A stretch of DNA of 64,000 nt from a bacterium (GCA_021463485.1 JAJTYJ010000001.1:1378-65377), one strand, 5' to 3'; numbered from the stretch's first letter, positions 46,092-56,667 are shown. Notes: generated by a model from the letters alone, not told the origin. Made by a program: numbers and translations.

Positions 46092-47467
46092 CAGGAAACG
46101 GTGAAGCCGCCGACTTGTGTAATAACCTTGCCCGCGGCATCAACAACGATATCCCAAACCCCAGTAGCAACTCCGCTAAGATTTAGTGTTACGGTAATTG
46201 TCTTTTGGTTTGCATCTACAACTATTGTGGTTGGGTTTACATCACTATAACCCGCTCGCGAAAGTTTCACTGTGGTACTACCAGGAAAACTATCTCCCTC
46301 AATCACAATTTCAACTGTACTCCCCGCCACGCCAGAGGTCGGGCTAACGGTTGAAATAATCGGCCAGCTACTAGCAGTGGTAGCAGTCATGGCGACATTA
46401 GTCGTTGCGCTTGGCACCACCGACACGGCTTGATACGGGCTGGTAGTAAGAATGGTGTAGCCGGACGGAACACTTAACGCGTAGCTATCCCACTCGATAT
46501 TATTGAACGTTGCGATGCCGCTGGCGTTGGTTGTTTGGTTATAAACATTCTTCGGCAACTCTGGATTGAACTGTGTTATTTTTGTGCTCGTTGCCGTAAC
46601 TTGTATGCCGCTCACCGGCTGGTTTAATTCGTTAACAACAGTTACAGCCATATCGGCTAAATAATCGATCGCTAAGTTCTGGATAGTAATTTGCTGCTGG
46701 TTAATATCGACGTCGGGCTGAACTTGATTCGGGTTTTGAGCGGTGCGCGGTGTCGTAAAATCACTCGAGTAACCGTCTTTAGTAACCACAATGTGATATC
46801 CGTTCTGGTTATCAGGCGGTACATTAGCCACGAACACACATCCTTGGTTATTTGTTATTCCTTGAACGTTCACGCCCAACACCGTATTAGTTATCGTTAC
46901 AGTCGCATTCGGTACAGCTAGGCCTTGGGAGTCATTAATACAGACCAACAACATACCCGTGTTTGATGGCGTTTCGGCTGCTTTCGCCGCAGCGTTACTT
47001 GCGAGCGTCGCAAGTACGGTTGGGTTATTGAGCTGAGTAACGGTAATCTGTATACGTTTGTAATCAACCGGTACTGTGTCTTGTTGCGTTGAGGTCTGTC
47101 CGTCGGTACATTCGTACACTCCGGCACCAGCTGGAACTGCACAACCGTCGTACGGATCATCGATTGTAATAATGATAGTTGAGAGGGTAAAGTCTAACCC
47201 GCTTCGATTAACAGTTTGGGTGTCTGGGATATCACCTTGCGGTAGAATCGTTCCGTTTTGCGTCGCTAGATCGTTGTACGGCAAGTTGCGCAGCGTCTCC
47301 ATCTGCTCGTTTGCCAACAGCGTCGCTGCAGTCCTGGCCTTACCGGCGCCAACTACATTTAGTACTAGGATAAAACTTGTTACTAGTACGCCAAAAACGG
47401 CCGTAATAATAAACGTGTCGATAACGATTTCCAGTATTGTGAACGCTCGACGGTTTTTTAGTTTCAT
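46091..47467 (-). CDS. PilV-like minor pilin with Ig/carboxypeptidase-regulatory-like and IPT/TIG-like domains
   Basis: Prepilin-type N-terminus 'RRAFTILEIVIDTFIITAVFGVLV' and C-terminal 'PIISTVSPTSGVAGSTVEIVIEGDSF' (IPT-like). Confidence 0.6.
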   Translation of the reverse strand: MKLKNRRAFTILEIVIDTFIITAVFGVLVTSFILVLNVVGAGKARTAATLLANEQMETLRNLPYNDLATQNGTILPQGDIPDTQTVNRSGLDFTLSTIIITIDDPYDGCAVPAGAGVYECTDGQTSTQQDTVPVDYKRIQITVTQLNNPTVLATLASNAAAKAAETPSNTGMLLVCINDSQGLAVPNATVTITNTVLGVNVQGITNNQGCVFVANVPPDNQNGYHIVVTKDGYSSDFTTPRTAQNPNQVQPDVDINQQQITIQNLAIDYLADMAVTVVNELNQPVSGIQVTATSTKITQFNPELPKNVYNQTTNASGIATFNNIEWDSYALSVPSGYTILTTSPYQAVSVVPSATTNVAMTATTASSWPIISTVSPTSGVAGSTVEIVIEGDSFPGSTTVKLSRAGYSDVNPTTIVVDANQKTITVTLNLSGVATGVWDIVVDAAGKVITQVGGFTVS

Positions 47468-47508
47468 CCCCTCTTACTCATCATAGTACAGAAGCAGCTG
47501 TAGGCAAG

Positions 47509-49005
47509 TTAAGCTTCAAAGCGATATTGAAGCGCTTCCGAGACGTGCGGACTAGTTATAACCTCGTGTCCCGAGAGATCGGCGATAGTTCTTGAGACTT
47601 TCAGTACTTTATGAACCCCACGACCGCTTAAGCCGTATACATCAACCGCTTTTTTTAGAATTTGCTCCGCCGTTTCATCGATCACGCAAATAGTATTTAG
47701 CGCTTTCGGCGGAATCCGACTATTAAGGCAGCCGTTTCTCTTAATCTGCAGTTGACGTGTTTTAGTAATGAGCGAGCGAATTTGCGCCAATTCACTACGC
47801 CCGTCTTTTTCTGTACGGAGCTCGTCGTAAGTCATCGAAGGGAGTCGCATCGAGATATCGATACGATCAACGATCGGCCCGCTTACTTTCTTCTGATATT
47901 TTTGAATCTGTTGAGGAGAGCACTGACACTCTCTCTTTTCAGACCCAAACCACCCGCAGGGGCAGGGATTCATCGTCGCAACGAATAAAAATTCTGCCGG
48001 ATACCGGACCGACCCCTCAGCTCTGGCAACTGTGATTACCCCGTCTTCGAGCGGTTGTCGTAACGATTCAAGAATGGAACGGGGGAACTCCGGCAACTCA
48101 TCAAAAAACAACACTCCACGATGCGCATACGAGATTTCGCCCGGATGCGGTGGCGAGCCGCCGCCGACAACCGCGACAGGGCTAGCGGAGTGGTGTGGGT
48201 TGCGAAACGGTCGCTCAATTGTTAGATGATCGTAGTTACGTTTTGTTTGTAATCCGTGAATTTTTAGCATTTCAATTTGCTCATAGATGTTCAGCGGCGG
48301 CAGCAGTGCTCGGATGCCTCGCGCTAGCAACGTTTTACCAGCGCCAGGTTCACCATGTAAAAGAATATTGTGATTACCGGCAGCTGCAATCACTGCCGCC
48401 CGTTTCGCTTGCGACTGACCCCTAACTTGTAACCAATCGTCATCGTGCTCGTTAATGGTTGCTCGTTTAACAGCGGGAGTTGGTGTTTCGATCCCATCAA
48501 AATACGCAATTACATCTTTAAACGTCTCAACCGGAATGACATTAATAGTTTTAATTAATGAGGCTTCTGCGTAGTTCTCAAGTGGTAGTACAACGTTCTC
48601 AAACCCGTTTCTTGCCGCCCAGTCAGTTAATATTAGCGCCCCAAAAACTGGCTGGATGCGTCCGTCAAGTTGTAAACCTCCGAGCAGCAACGTCTTTTCC
48701 CAACGTTCGCTTTTGGCGATCTGCTCGTCGGCAACTAAAACTGCTAGTGCGATCGGCAGGTCAAAGTGAACTCCGCTTTTCTTCACCGCTGACGGCGCTA
48801 GATGCACAGTAACCCGGGCTATCGGTAATTTATATCCGCTGTGTTTAAGCGCTGAGCGAATACGTTCTTTACTCTCGTCGACAGACTTATCGGCAAGACC
48901 AACGATCGTAAAGCTCGGCAATCCTTGAGCGACGTCAACTTCGACTCGAACCGCCAGGCCGTCAACCCCATCTACTGTCGCAGAACGGAGGGTTGAGAGC
49001 GCCAT
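47509..49005 (-). CDS. comM: ComM/YifB-family Mg-chelatase-like AAA+ ATPase
   Basis: Lon-like N domain, Walker A 'GEPGAGKT', Walker B 'GVLFFDEL' and the C-terminal Mg-chelatase helix-bundle. Confidence 0.9.
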   Translation of the reverse strand: MALSTLRSATVDGVDGLAVRVEVDVAQGLPSFTIVGLADKSVDESKERIRSALKHSGYKLPIARVTVHLAPSAVKKSGVHFDLPIALAVLVADEQIAKSERWEKTLLLGGLQLDGRIQPVFGALILTDWAARNGFENVVLPLENYAEASLIKTINVIPVETFKDVIAYFDGIETPTPAVKRATINEHDDDWLQVRGQSQAKRAAVIAAAGNHNILLHGEPGAGKTLLARGIRALLPPLNIYEQIEMLKIHGLQTKRNYDHLTIERPFRNPHHSASPVAVVGGGSPPHPGEISYAHRGVLFFDELPEFPRSILESLRQPLEDGVITVARAEGSVRYPAEFLFVATMNPCPCGWFGSEKRECQCSPQQIQKYQKKVSGPIVDRIDISMRLPSMTYDELRTEKDGRSELAQIRSLITKTRQLQIKRNGCLNSRIPPKALNTICVIDETAEQILKKAVDVYGLSGRGVHKVLKVSRTIADLSGHEVITSPHVSEALQYRFEA

Positions 49006-49008
49006 CGG

Positions 49009-49659
49009 CTACGGGCCAAAAATAATAACTGAGAAACCAACCAAACAGATCGCTATCACACCCCACCCGAGTAAAATAACGGGTAATTTCCGACCAAGTA
49101 CAGCTAGGACTGTTCCTGCCAGATAAGTAACTGCCAAAAGTAGCAACGTCAGCACGTTCGGGCCGGTGGACGGTAATGTTTGGGTACTGGCTGCCTGGTA
49201 ATTCAAGTTACTAAGCGACGCCATCACCATAACAAATAGTCCGCTAATCGAGAGAATACCGGTTGTTGCTTGGGTTCGAGTTATCGCGCCGATCGCTGCT
49301 GGAGTGCCAGGCTGATTATCGATTTGCCACTGAGTATACAGGGCTAGTTGACCGCGCGGGAAAAATTGTCCGTTACAATCGGGACAACTCCAATACTGTC
49401 CGGATTGCGGATTTAAATCGTGGTCTGATCGTTCAAGTAGAGTGTTATCGTTCGGACAAACAACATCCGAAGCTTGTACTGAGTAGTTTGGAGCACCTGT
49501 TTCGAATTGTTGAACGCTCGTTATATCTAACCGATCGCCTAGCGGACGCGGAAACCAAAAACCGTTGCACTGCGTGCATCGCTTGGCTTCAACTGTTCGA
49601 GCGCCGCTACTTCGTAGTATAACCGGCTCGGAGTCGCTGTCGCACAGCGGACACTTCAT
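49009..49659 (-). CDS. Double zinc-ribbon membrane protein
   Basis: Two 'CPxC...CxxCNGxFFP' ribbons followed by 3 TM helices. Confidence 0.5.
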   Translation of the reverse strand: MKCPLCDSDSEPVILRSSGARTVEAKRCTQCNGFWFPRPLGDRLDITSVQQFETGAPNYSVQASDVVCPNDNTLLERSDHDLNPQSGQYWSCPDCNGQFFPRGQLALYTQWQIDNQPGTPAAIGAITRTQATTGILSISGLFVMVMASLSNLNYQAASTQTLPSTGPNVLTLLLLAVTYLAGTVLAVLGRKLPVILLGWGVIAICLVGFSVIIFGP

Positions 49660-49683
49660 TAATTTTTCCCCTCACACATACCA

Positions 49684-50469
49684 CTACTTTACGTTTTTTT
49701 CTCGGTGATTCAAGAATTCATCCACTGCCATATTCGCTTGTTCGTCAGTCGAGCACTTAACTAAGACGCCATGATGTCGCCACCAAGTGAGTTGTCGACG
49801 GATATAGGCTCGACTTGACCGCTGAAACTGGTCGATCGCCAGCTCACGATTCATCGCTCCGGTAATATACTGCGTCGCAAACCGGTAATCTAATCCGATA
49901 TCAAACAGCCAGTCAGCGCTTACTCCGCTATTTAGTAACTCCTGTGTTTCGATTACCAATTCGTTAAATATACGCTCAAACCGCTGATCAGATTTTCGGT
50001 ACAGCCACTCACGATCTTTGTCGATATAAAGTGTTAGCTGTTCGAATTCCACCGATTTTCTATTCTTTGAATTACGCCCTCCTCCGAGCTCGTAGCCATC
50101 GAGCAGCGCACTAACGTACAAACCAGTTCCCCCGACGACAATAGGTAACAAGTTTGATTCCCAGATCTGCTCGATCGCCGTGTTAGCGCTTTCCAACCAA
50201 TCAGCAACAGTAAAACGCGTGCCCGGCTCAGCGCAATCAATTAGCAGCTGCGGTACCCTGTCGATGCATCTGGCGTTGTACCCGCGCCAGTCGCACGGTT
50301 CGCCCTCTTTATTTGTGCCGACATCAAGACCCCTATAAACCTGTCGGGAGTCGGCAGAAAGAAGCACTCCGTTGTATTTCTTTGCCAAATTCACAGCGAG
50401 CACCGTTTTACCAGAACCGGTCGGTCCGACTACGGCGATAACTCTCTTGCGTATTTCCATTGAACCCAT
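49684..50469 (-). CDS. miaA: tRNA dimethylallyltransferase
   Basis: P-loop 'VVGPTGSGKT' and 'LLSADSRQVYRGLDVGTNK'. Confidence 0.85.
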   Translation of the reverse strand: MGSMEIRKRVIAVVGPTGSGKTVLAVNLAKKYNGVLLSADSRQVYRGLDVGTNKEGEPCDWRGYNARCIDRVPQLLIDCAEPGTRFTVADWLESANTAIEQIWESNLLPIVVGGTGLYVSALLDGYELGGGRNSKNRKSVEFEQLTLYIDKDREWLYRKSDQRFERIFNELVIETQELLNSGVSADWLFDIGLDYRFATQYITGAMNRELAIDQFQRSSRAYIRRQLTWWRHHGVLVKCSTDEQANMAVDEFLNHREKNVK

Positions 50470-51206
50470 ATTATGGGTTCAGACAAATGTTGAAAATAGA
50501 CAAGCTTGTGAAAGCCTACCAATTTCGTCGCGAAACCGTACCAGTTCTTCTTAATATTTCGCTAGAAGTACCGAGAGGTAAAATATTTGGGTTTCTTGGC
50601 GCTAACGGCGCCGGTAAAACCACAACTATTAAAGTGATCGTCGATTTACTCTTCGCTGACAGCGGAACGGTAACGATCGATAATGTACCGCATAGCTCAA
50701 TTAAAGCTAAGCGGCTAATCGGATTTATGCCTGAGCAGCCTCAGTTTTACCACCACCTGAGTGCGCGCGAAGTGTTGCTATTTGTTGGGGAGCTCTTCGA
50801 GCTTGAACCAAAAGATGTAGAGACAAAAGCCAAGAATTTACTACGACAAGTCGGGCTAGCCGACGCAGAGAATACTGTAGTTCGACGATTCTCTAAGGGA
50901 ATGCACCAACGACTCGCCTTTGCTGTCGCGCTGATGAACAATCCAAAACTACTCATTATGGACGAACCGCTTGACGGCCTCGACCCGCTTGGACGCCTCG
51001 ATTTTAAACGACTATTTCTCGAGCAAAAAAAATTAGGTACTACAATATTTCTTAGTTCCCATATCCTTTCGGATGTTGAAGAGATCTGCGACGAAGTAGC
51101 GATTATTAATAAAGGACAGATCGTGAAACAAGGAACTCCTCAAAAGCTACGCGGCACCTACCCAACGCTCGAAGAGTACTTCGTCAGTACGGTTCAAAAG
51201 CAATGA
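50460..51206 (+). CDS. ABC transporter ATP-binding protein
   Basis: 'GANGAGKTT', 'FSKGMHQRLAFAVAL' and 'LIMDEPLDGLDP'. Confidence 0.9.
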   Translation: MNPYYGFRQMLKIDKLVKAYQFRRETVPVLLNISLEVPRGKIFGFLGANGAGKTTTIKVIVDLLFADSGTVTIDNVPHSSIKAKRLIGFMPEQPQFYHHLSAREVLLFVGELFELEPKDVETKAKNLLRQVGLADAENTVVRRFSKGMHQRLAFAVALMNNPKLLIMDEPLDGLDPLGRLDFKRLFLEQKKLGTTIFLSSHILSDVEEICDEVAIINKGQIVKQGTPQKLRGTYPTLEEYFVSTVQKQ

Positions 51207-51976
51207 AACTCAACGCATCGATAATCAAAAGTATCGCCATAAACACGTTCCGCGAAACTGTTCGTGACAAACTTCTTTATTCACTGCTCGGATTCGCAGT
51301 GTTAACGATCGCGGCGAGCCTACTGGCAGGTTCGGTGTCGCTCGGACAAGACGCTCGGGTCATCCAGAATTTCGGCATAACTGCGCTACTCGTATTTTTA
51401 TTAATTATCACTATTTTTATCGGCACCCAGCTTGTGTACCGAGAAGTCGAACGAAAAACGATTTATCTGACGCTCTCAAAACCGTTAACCCGCGAATCAT
51501 TTTATCTCGGAAAATATATCGGGCTTTGCCTAACGATTGCCGTTAGCGCTTTAGTGATGGGCGTTGTCTTTCTAGCGGTCTTACGCTGGAAAACCGGGCA
51601 ATTCTCTACACCAGTGATTTGGGCGACTAGCTTCGTTGTTTTGGAGGCATGGTTATTAACGGCTGTGGGGTTGTTGTTTAGCAGCTTCACTAGCGCCTTA
51701 GCCAGCGCCGTTTATACGTTTGGAATTGTACTTATTGGCCACTCGGCAACAACTATTTGGATACTTAGCCAGAAATCCCAGGGAATTTTGCGATACGTCT
51801 TGGAGGTGATTTACTATCTCTTCCCGAACCTAGAGAAATTTAACTTACGCAACGAAATCGTTTACAACTTCCAGCCAGATCTTCAGCAAGTGTTACTAGT
51901 CATAGCTTATTTTATCGCCTACACCGCTGCCGTTTTATTTGCTGGCTTAGCGATTTTTCGCCGGGATGAGTTTTAA
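51203..51976 (+). CDS. ABC-2-type permease
   Basis: 6-TM hydrophobic protein in an ATGA overlap with the ATPase. Confidence 0.7.
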   Translation: MKLNASIIKSIAINTFRETVRDKLLYSLLGFAVLTIAASLLAGSVSLGQDARVIQNFGITALLVFLLIITIFIGTQLVYREVERKTIYLTLSKPLTRESFYLGKYIGLCLTIAVSALVMGVVFLAVLRWKTGQFSTPVIWATSFVVLEAWLLTAVGLLFSSFTSALASAVYTFGIVLIGHSATTIWILSQKSQGILRYVLEVIYYLFPNLEKFNLRNEIVYNFQPDLQQVLLVIAYFIAYTAAVLFAGLAIFRRDEF

Positions 51977-52814
51977 ACAACTACAATTCGAGCGGATATC
52001 TTGGTTACTACCGATCGCGCTACTGCTTTTCTCGTACGTTGCGCAAATCAACTACGACGTCTGGCGCCGCTACTCAGCACCCAAAATTCAAACCACTTAT
52101 AATTTGTATATTGAGCCTCAACCGCTCTCGACCGAAAGCTCTAAGGCGGTTAGTTTCGGCGCTAAGGAATTTGTCGCCGATCTGTACTGGCTTAAACTAA
52201 TTCAGTATTACGGCGGCGGCGACCCAAACGGTAAATACCGCAAACTAGCAGAGTTGTTTACCACTATCACAGATCTTTCGCCGAGGTTTACCGCCGCTTA
52301 TCAAGCTGGACTCTTAATACTACCAGGCGAGGGTTTTATTAACGAAGCAATCGCACTTGGTGAGAAAGGGATTAAAAATTTACCCGATCATTGGGAGATG
52401 CCGTATTACACTGGCATCGTTTACCACATCTATAAAAAAGACTACCTCACCGCCGGTAAGTACTTCGAAGACGCTGCCAAGTTACCGGGCGCACCCGAGA
52501 ACGCCAAATACTTAGCCGCTATCTATTACAATAAAGGCGATCAGCGCCAAACCGCTTACGCCTTGTTTAAAACTGTCTACGACGGCACACGCGATAGTTT
52601 TATTAAGGAGCGAACTGCTAAGTATCTCGCCCACCTCGAAGGGATTTTTTTGCTCGACGCAAAAATTGCTGAATTTAAGCAGCGGTATAACCGGTTGCCA
52701 AGAACATTAAACGAACTAATATCCACAAAATTGCTGGACAGTATCCCCGTCAGTCCGCTTGGGCTTACGTACCAATACGACGCCGAAAACGGCAAAATTA
52801 TTGAGACAAAGTAG
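51966..52814 (+). CDS. Hypothetical anchored helical-repeat protein, third gene of the ABC operon
   Basis: N-terminal TM then Tyr/Ala-rich helical repeats; overlaps the permease stop. Confidence 0.4.
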   Translation: MSFKQLQFERISWLLPIALLLFSYVAQINYDVWRRYSAPKIQTTYNLYIEPQPLSTESSKAVSFGAKEFVADLYWLKLIQYYGGGDPNGKYRKLAELFTTITDLSPRFTAAYQAGLLILPGEGFINEAIALGEKGIKNLPDHWEMPYYTGIVYHIYKKDYLTAGKYFEDAAKLPGAPENAKYLAAIYYNKGDQRQTAYALFKTVYDGTRDSFIKERTAKYLAHLEGIFLLDAKIAEFKQRYNRLPRTLNELISTKLLDSIPVSPLGLTYQYDAENGKIIETK

Positions 52815-53763
52815 CCTCGCCGGTAAATATCTGCCAAATTGCGTTGGCAAGTTTGCGCGCATCGTGGTATAGCGGCGAGTGTTCGTCGATTAAATCCGCA
52901 AGCACGATCGGAATATCAGCGATTTCAGTTTTATTCGTAGTGATATTTCTGATCGTACCCAGCTTCCCCTCTTGGCCGCTACTCTCAACAATTCTTGAGT
53001 TAACCAGAGCTGCGTCAAATCGAGTGCCGTTCACGTACTCACGAAGTTTAGTGATGTGATCGTCAACGCTATACCCCTCAGTTTCGCCGCGCTCGGTCGA
53101 TGCGTTACATACGTAAATTTTTCGAGCAGACGATTCTTCAAAGGCAGTACGCAAATCTTTAATTAAAAAATTAGGAACGATACTTGTGTAAAAGCTACCC
53201 GGCCCGACGACAATCAAATCGGCGTTTTTAATAAAGTGCAACGCGGTCGGGTGAGCGTGGGCATCTTCGGGTATGATCGAAACTCGCTTTATCCCAAACC
53301 TGTGACCCTGGATTGCGGTATCAACTTCACCGAGCGCCTGCTGCCCGTTCTTTAGTTCGCTGATCAAACTGACGTGCTCGAGCGTCGATGGGATAACCTC
53401 GCCTTTGATCGCGAGAATTTTACTGCTAGCTCGGACAGCCGACTCAAAATCCCCAGTGATATCAGCGAGCGCGATTAACAGTAAATTACCAAGCGAGTGA
53501 CCGCTCAGTCCCCGCCCTTTATTAAAGCGATACTCAAACAGTTTCGTCAGCAACTGTTCGTCGTTTGAAAGCGCCGCTAAACACTTGCGGACGTCACCGG
53601 GCGGTAGTACGCCCATTTCACGACTAAGCCGACCGCTCGATTTACCGTTGTCGGTCATCGTGACGATACCAGACAAACTAATTGGAAAATGCTTTAAGCC
53701 ACGTAAAAGCGTTGAGAGTCCACTTCCGCCACCGATAGCAACTACTTTAGGTTTCTCAGTCAT
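52798..53763 (-). CDS. yvcK: YvcK/UPF0052 gluconeogenesis-factor (CofD-like) protein
   Basis: 'VVAIGGGSGLSTLLRGLK...IVTMTDNGKSSGRL' N-terminus. Confidence 0.85.
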   Translation of the reverse strand: MTEKPKVVAIGGGSGLSTLLRGLKHFPISLSGIVTMTDNGKSSGRLSREMGVLPPGDVRKCLAALSNDEQLLTKLFEYRFNKGRGLSGHSLGNLLLIALADITGDFESAVRASSKILAIKGEVIPSTLEHVSLISELKNGQQALGEVDTAIQGHRFGIKRVSIIPEDAHAHPTALHFIKNADLIVVGPGSFYTSIVPNFLIKDLRTAFEESSARKIYVCNASTERGETEGYSVDDHITKLREYVNGTRFDAALVNSRIVESSGQEGKLGTIRNITTNKTEIADIPIVLADLIDEHSPLYHDARKLANAIWQIFTGEATLSQ

Positions 53764-54263
53764 GGAACCAGAGGGTGGACGTACCGATCATCCCCCTGAT
53801 CACTTGTATCCGCTGACCACGGCTGCAACGCAAATACTTGGGCCGCTTCCGAAGTTTTTGTATCCGATATCGCAACAACCGCCGTCTTGATAACACCTAG
53901 GTAGTTAAAGTCGCTAAGCTTGTATTTCATTGTGTAGCTGCCGTTAGCGTCTGCTTTGGCGTGGGTTGTTTGTGGATTATCGATCGTGCCATCGGGATAT
54001 GTAGTTACAATATCAAGCTCAGCGAACGGGACGGTCTCAATCGTCATTTCTTGAACCTGACCGAGCTTCATTACTGGTCGGGAAAACGAGATAGAGAGCG
54101 GAAAAACCTGTTCGTCAATGCCGAGCGATTGCGACGCTAAAACCGAGCGACCGATCGCGACTGGGTCGTGCTGACGGGCGACTTCTTTATTCCAATACAG
54201 TCCGAGGGTTGTTAACCCAAGCGCCACTACGGTAAAAACTGTATTTCGCAGAGCTTTCATCAT
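53760..54263 (-). CDS. Hypothetical secreted protein
   Basis: Signal peptide 'MMKALRNTVFTVVALGLTTLGL' when started at the internal Met; the longer ORF would overlap trxB. Confidence 0.4.
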   Translation of the reverse strand: MMKALRNTVFTVVALGLTTLGLYWNKEVARQHDPVAIGRSVLASQSLGIDEQVFPLSISFSRPVMKLGQVQEMTIETVPFAELDIVTTYPDGTIDNPQTTHAKADANGSYTMKYKLSDFNYLGVIKTAVVAISDTKTSEAAQVFALQPWSADTSDQGDDRYVHPLVP

Positions 54264-54357
54264 CTTGTACCAACATTGTAGCAAGCCGTAATCCAAAATG
54301 AAGCGACTTTCAAGGGTTGCCGCTTCGACCAAAACCCGGTACGTTCGAAAGTACGAA

Positions 54358-55302
54358 ATGGAAAAACAGGTTGATACTATAATTATTGGTTCAGGTGTAG
54401 CGGGGTTAAGTGCGGCGTTATACGCGGCTCGCTACGAGCTTTCGACGATTGTAATTGGCGACATGCTCGGCGGCGCTACCGCCTCGGCGTGGATTATCGA
54501 GAACTACCCAGGATACGAATCGATCGACGGTTACGATCTCGTTGTTAAGATGCGCGATCAGGTTGAAAAAATAGGCGTTGAGATTGTCGCCGATCGCGTT
54601 ACCGATATCAAAAAGACTGGCTCGACGTTTGAGCTCACGACCGAGACTGGAAAAACATTTGGCACCACAACCGTCATTTTAACGATGGGCGCTGCCAGGA
54701 AAAAGTTAGGGCTAGCTCGTGAAGATGAGCTAGCACTCGGAAAAGGCATCCATTACTGCACTACCTGTGACGGCCCGCTCTACAAAGGAAAAACGATCGG
54801 GATCGTCGGCGCCGGCGACGCTGCGGTAAAGGGAATGAGCCTTGCTGTCCAATACGCCGATAAAATCTATTCGTTCGTTCGCGGCGACCAATTCAAGGCC
54901 GAACCAGTTAATTACGAGCGGATCAAAGGACATATCGACAGCGGTAAAATTGAGGTGATGTTTCACGAAGAAGTTGCTGAGTTCTTGGGCACGGAGCGAC
55001 TAAACGGCGTCAAATTAAAAAGTGGCAAAGAAGTCGCGCTCGATGGGCTCTTTATTGAGATCGGCGCCACTCCTGAGGTAGAATTAGCCGTTAAGATGGG
55101 GGTTGAGTTAGATAACTACGGTTATATCAGCGTTAATAATATGATGGAGACCAACGTTGAGGGCATATACGCCGCTGGCGACACTACCAACTTTTTTGGT
55201 CACTTCAAACAAGTAATTACTGCTAGCGCTATGGGCTCTGTCGCTGCCACTAGCGCATTCAAGCACGCTACCGGCAACATCGCGCAGGTTGAAGGCGACT
55301 AA
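54358..55302 (+). CDS. trxB: Thioredoxin reductase
   Basis: FAD site 'IIIGSGVAGLSAALYAAR', redox-active 'CTTCDG' and NADPH site 'IVGAGDAAVKG'. Confidence 0.9.
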   Translation: MEKQVDTIIIGSGVAGLSAALYAARYELSTIVIGDMLGGATASAWIIENYPGYESIDGYDLVVKMRDQVEKIGVEIVADRVTDIKKTGSTFELTTETGKTFGTTTVILTMGAARKKLGLAREDELALGKGIHYCTTCDGPLYKGKTIGIVGAGDAAVKGMSLAVQYADKIYSFVRGDQFKAEPVNYERIKGHIDSGKIEVMFHEEVAEFLGTERLNGVKLKSGKEVALDGLFIEIGATPEVELAVKMGVELDNYGYISVNNMMETNVEGIYAAGDTTNFFGHFKQVITASAMGSVAATSAFKHATGNIAQVEGD

Positions 55303-55342
55303 ACTTGCATCACACCTACACTCGGAGTATGCAGGGAATGTG

Positions 55343-56542
55343 ATGCGAAGATATTTTATTACCGCCCTTTTCATACTCTCGCTCGGCTGGACAGTTCCAG
55401 CTGCTTACGCCGAAGAAAACCTTATCCCGAATAATTCGGTCGAGAATTCAGTTAATAGCGCTCCGATCGATTGGCACCCCGGATACCTATGGGGAGATTT
55501 GGATGCTCAGTACGAGTATGTAAGCGTTGGTTACCAAGGTAGCTACGCCGTGCGCACCACAATTACTCGCTACAACTCAGGAGATGCCAAATGGTATTTT
55601 ACGCCACAACCAATTATCGGCGGACAGCTGTACCGGTTTTCCGATTATTACTTCGCCGATACAACGAGCCGCGTTGTAGCAATGGTTCAACATCAAGATG
55701 ACTCAATAACCTATACAGAGTTGCGCTCTGCAGCGCCGAGTTCAAATTGGACGTTATATAGCGATGTGTTTACTACACCGCTATCTGCAAAAATGGTTAG
55801 CGTTTTTCACTTAATCTCAACAATCGGTTCATTGACAACAGATTCGTTCTCGTTAACTCCTGAGTCAATAAGTAACTCAGGATTTGAGCGCGGACTCGTG
55901 AGCGTTACTTTTGATGACGGCTGGCAGTCGATCTACCAAAACGCGCTGCCGATCCTTGAACAAAATAACATTAAGAGTACGCAGTATATTGTTACCGGTT
56001 TCATCGGCACTCCTGGCTACATGTCGTTAGCAGAAATTAGTGATTTTTATTCCAAGGGGCACCAAGTAGCGTCGCATACCGTCAATCACTACGACTTAAC
56101 TACTTTATCCAGGAAGAAGCTCATTACCGAACTAGCGCAATCGAAATTATACTTGGAGCGATATGTGGGGGGAGTTGTGACCGATATCGCGGCGCCGTAC
56201 GGCGCGTACAATGCTGCCACCACAACGCAAATAAAAAAGTACTATCGCTCACAAAGAACCTCAGATGTCGGGTTTAATACCAAAACCAATTTCAATCAAT
56301 ACCAGTTACGCTCACAATACCTAACTCCCAACACCAGTATTGAACAGTTCCGATCATGGCTAACAACAGCCCAGACAGAAAAATCTTGGCTGATACTCAT
56401 GTACCACAACATTGACTACTCTGGGTCGGCATACAGTGTGACACCAGAAGCACTTGCTACTCAATTAGCCGAAATCAGAGAAAGCGGATTAATTGTTGAA
56501 ACTATTAACCAGGCTCTTGAGGAAATTTTCTCTCAATTGTAA
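55343..56542 (+). CDS. Secreted polysaccharide deacetylase (NodB domain) with N-terminal beta-sandwich domain
   Basis: Signal peptide 'MRRYFITALFILSLGWTVPAAYA'; NodB motifs 'VTFDDGW' and 'HTVNHYDLT'. Confidence 0.8.
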   Translation: MRRYFITALFILSLGWTVPAAYAEENLIPNNSVENSVNSAPIDWHPGYLWGDLDAQYEYVSVGYQGSYAVRTTITRYNSGDAKWYFTPQPIIGGQLYRFSDYYFADTTSRVVAMVQHQDDSITYTELRSAAPSSNWTLYSDVFTTPLSAKMVSVFHLISTIGSLTTDSFSLTPESISNSGFERGLVSVTFDDGWQSIYQNALPILEQNNIKSTQYIVTGFIGTPGYMSLAEISDFYSKGHQVASHTVNHYDLTTLSRKKLITELAQSKLYLERYVGGVVTDIAAPYGAYNAATTTQIKKYYRSQRTSDVGFNTKTNFNQYQLRSQYLTPNTSIEQFRSWLTTAQTEKSWLILMYHNIDYSGSAYSVTPEALATQLAEIRESGLIVETINQALEEIFSQL

Positions 56543-56551
56543 GTGTCTATG

Positions 56552-56624
56552 TGGGCCCGGTGGGACTCGAACCCACGACGCTCGCCTTAAAAGGGCGACG
56601 CTCTACCGACTGAGCTACAGGCCC
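56552..56624 (-). tRNA. tRNA-Lys (anticodon UUU)
   Basis: Minus strand 'GGGCCTGTAGCTCAGTCGGTAGAGCGTCGCCCTTTTAAGGCGAGCGTCGTGGGTTCGAGTCCCACCGGGCCCA'; anticodon loop CTTTTAA. Confidence 0.85.
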
Positions 56625-56638
56625 GCAGTTACCCATAG

Positions 56639-56667
56639 ATTTTACTACATCCACCCCAAAACCTCAA
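56639..56667 (-). promoter_or_regulatory. Promoter of tRNA-Lys (-35 TTGAGG, 17 nt, -10 TAAAAT)
   Basis: Read on the minus strand; the -10 ends 14 nt upstream of the mature tRNA 5' end. Confidence 0.5.
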
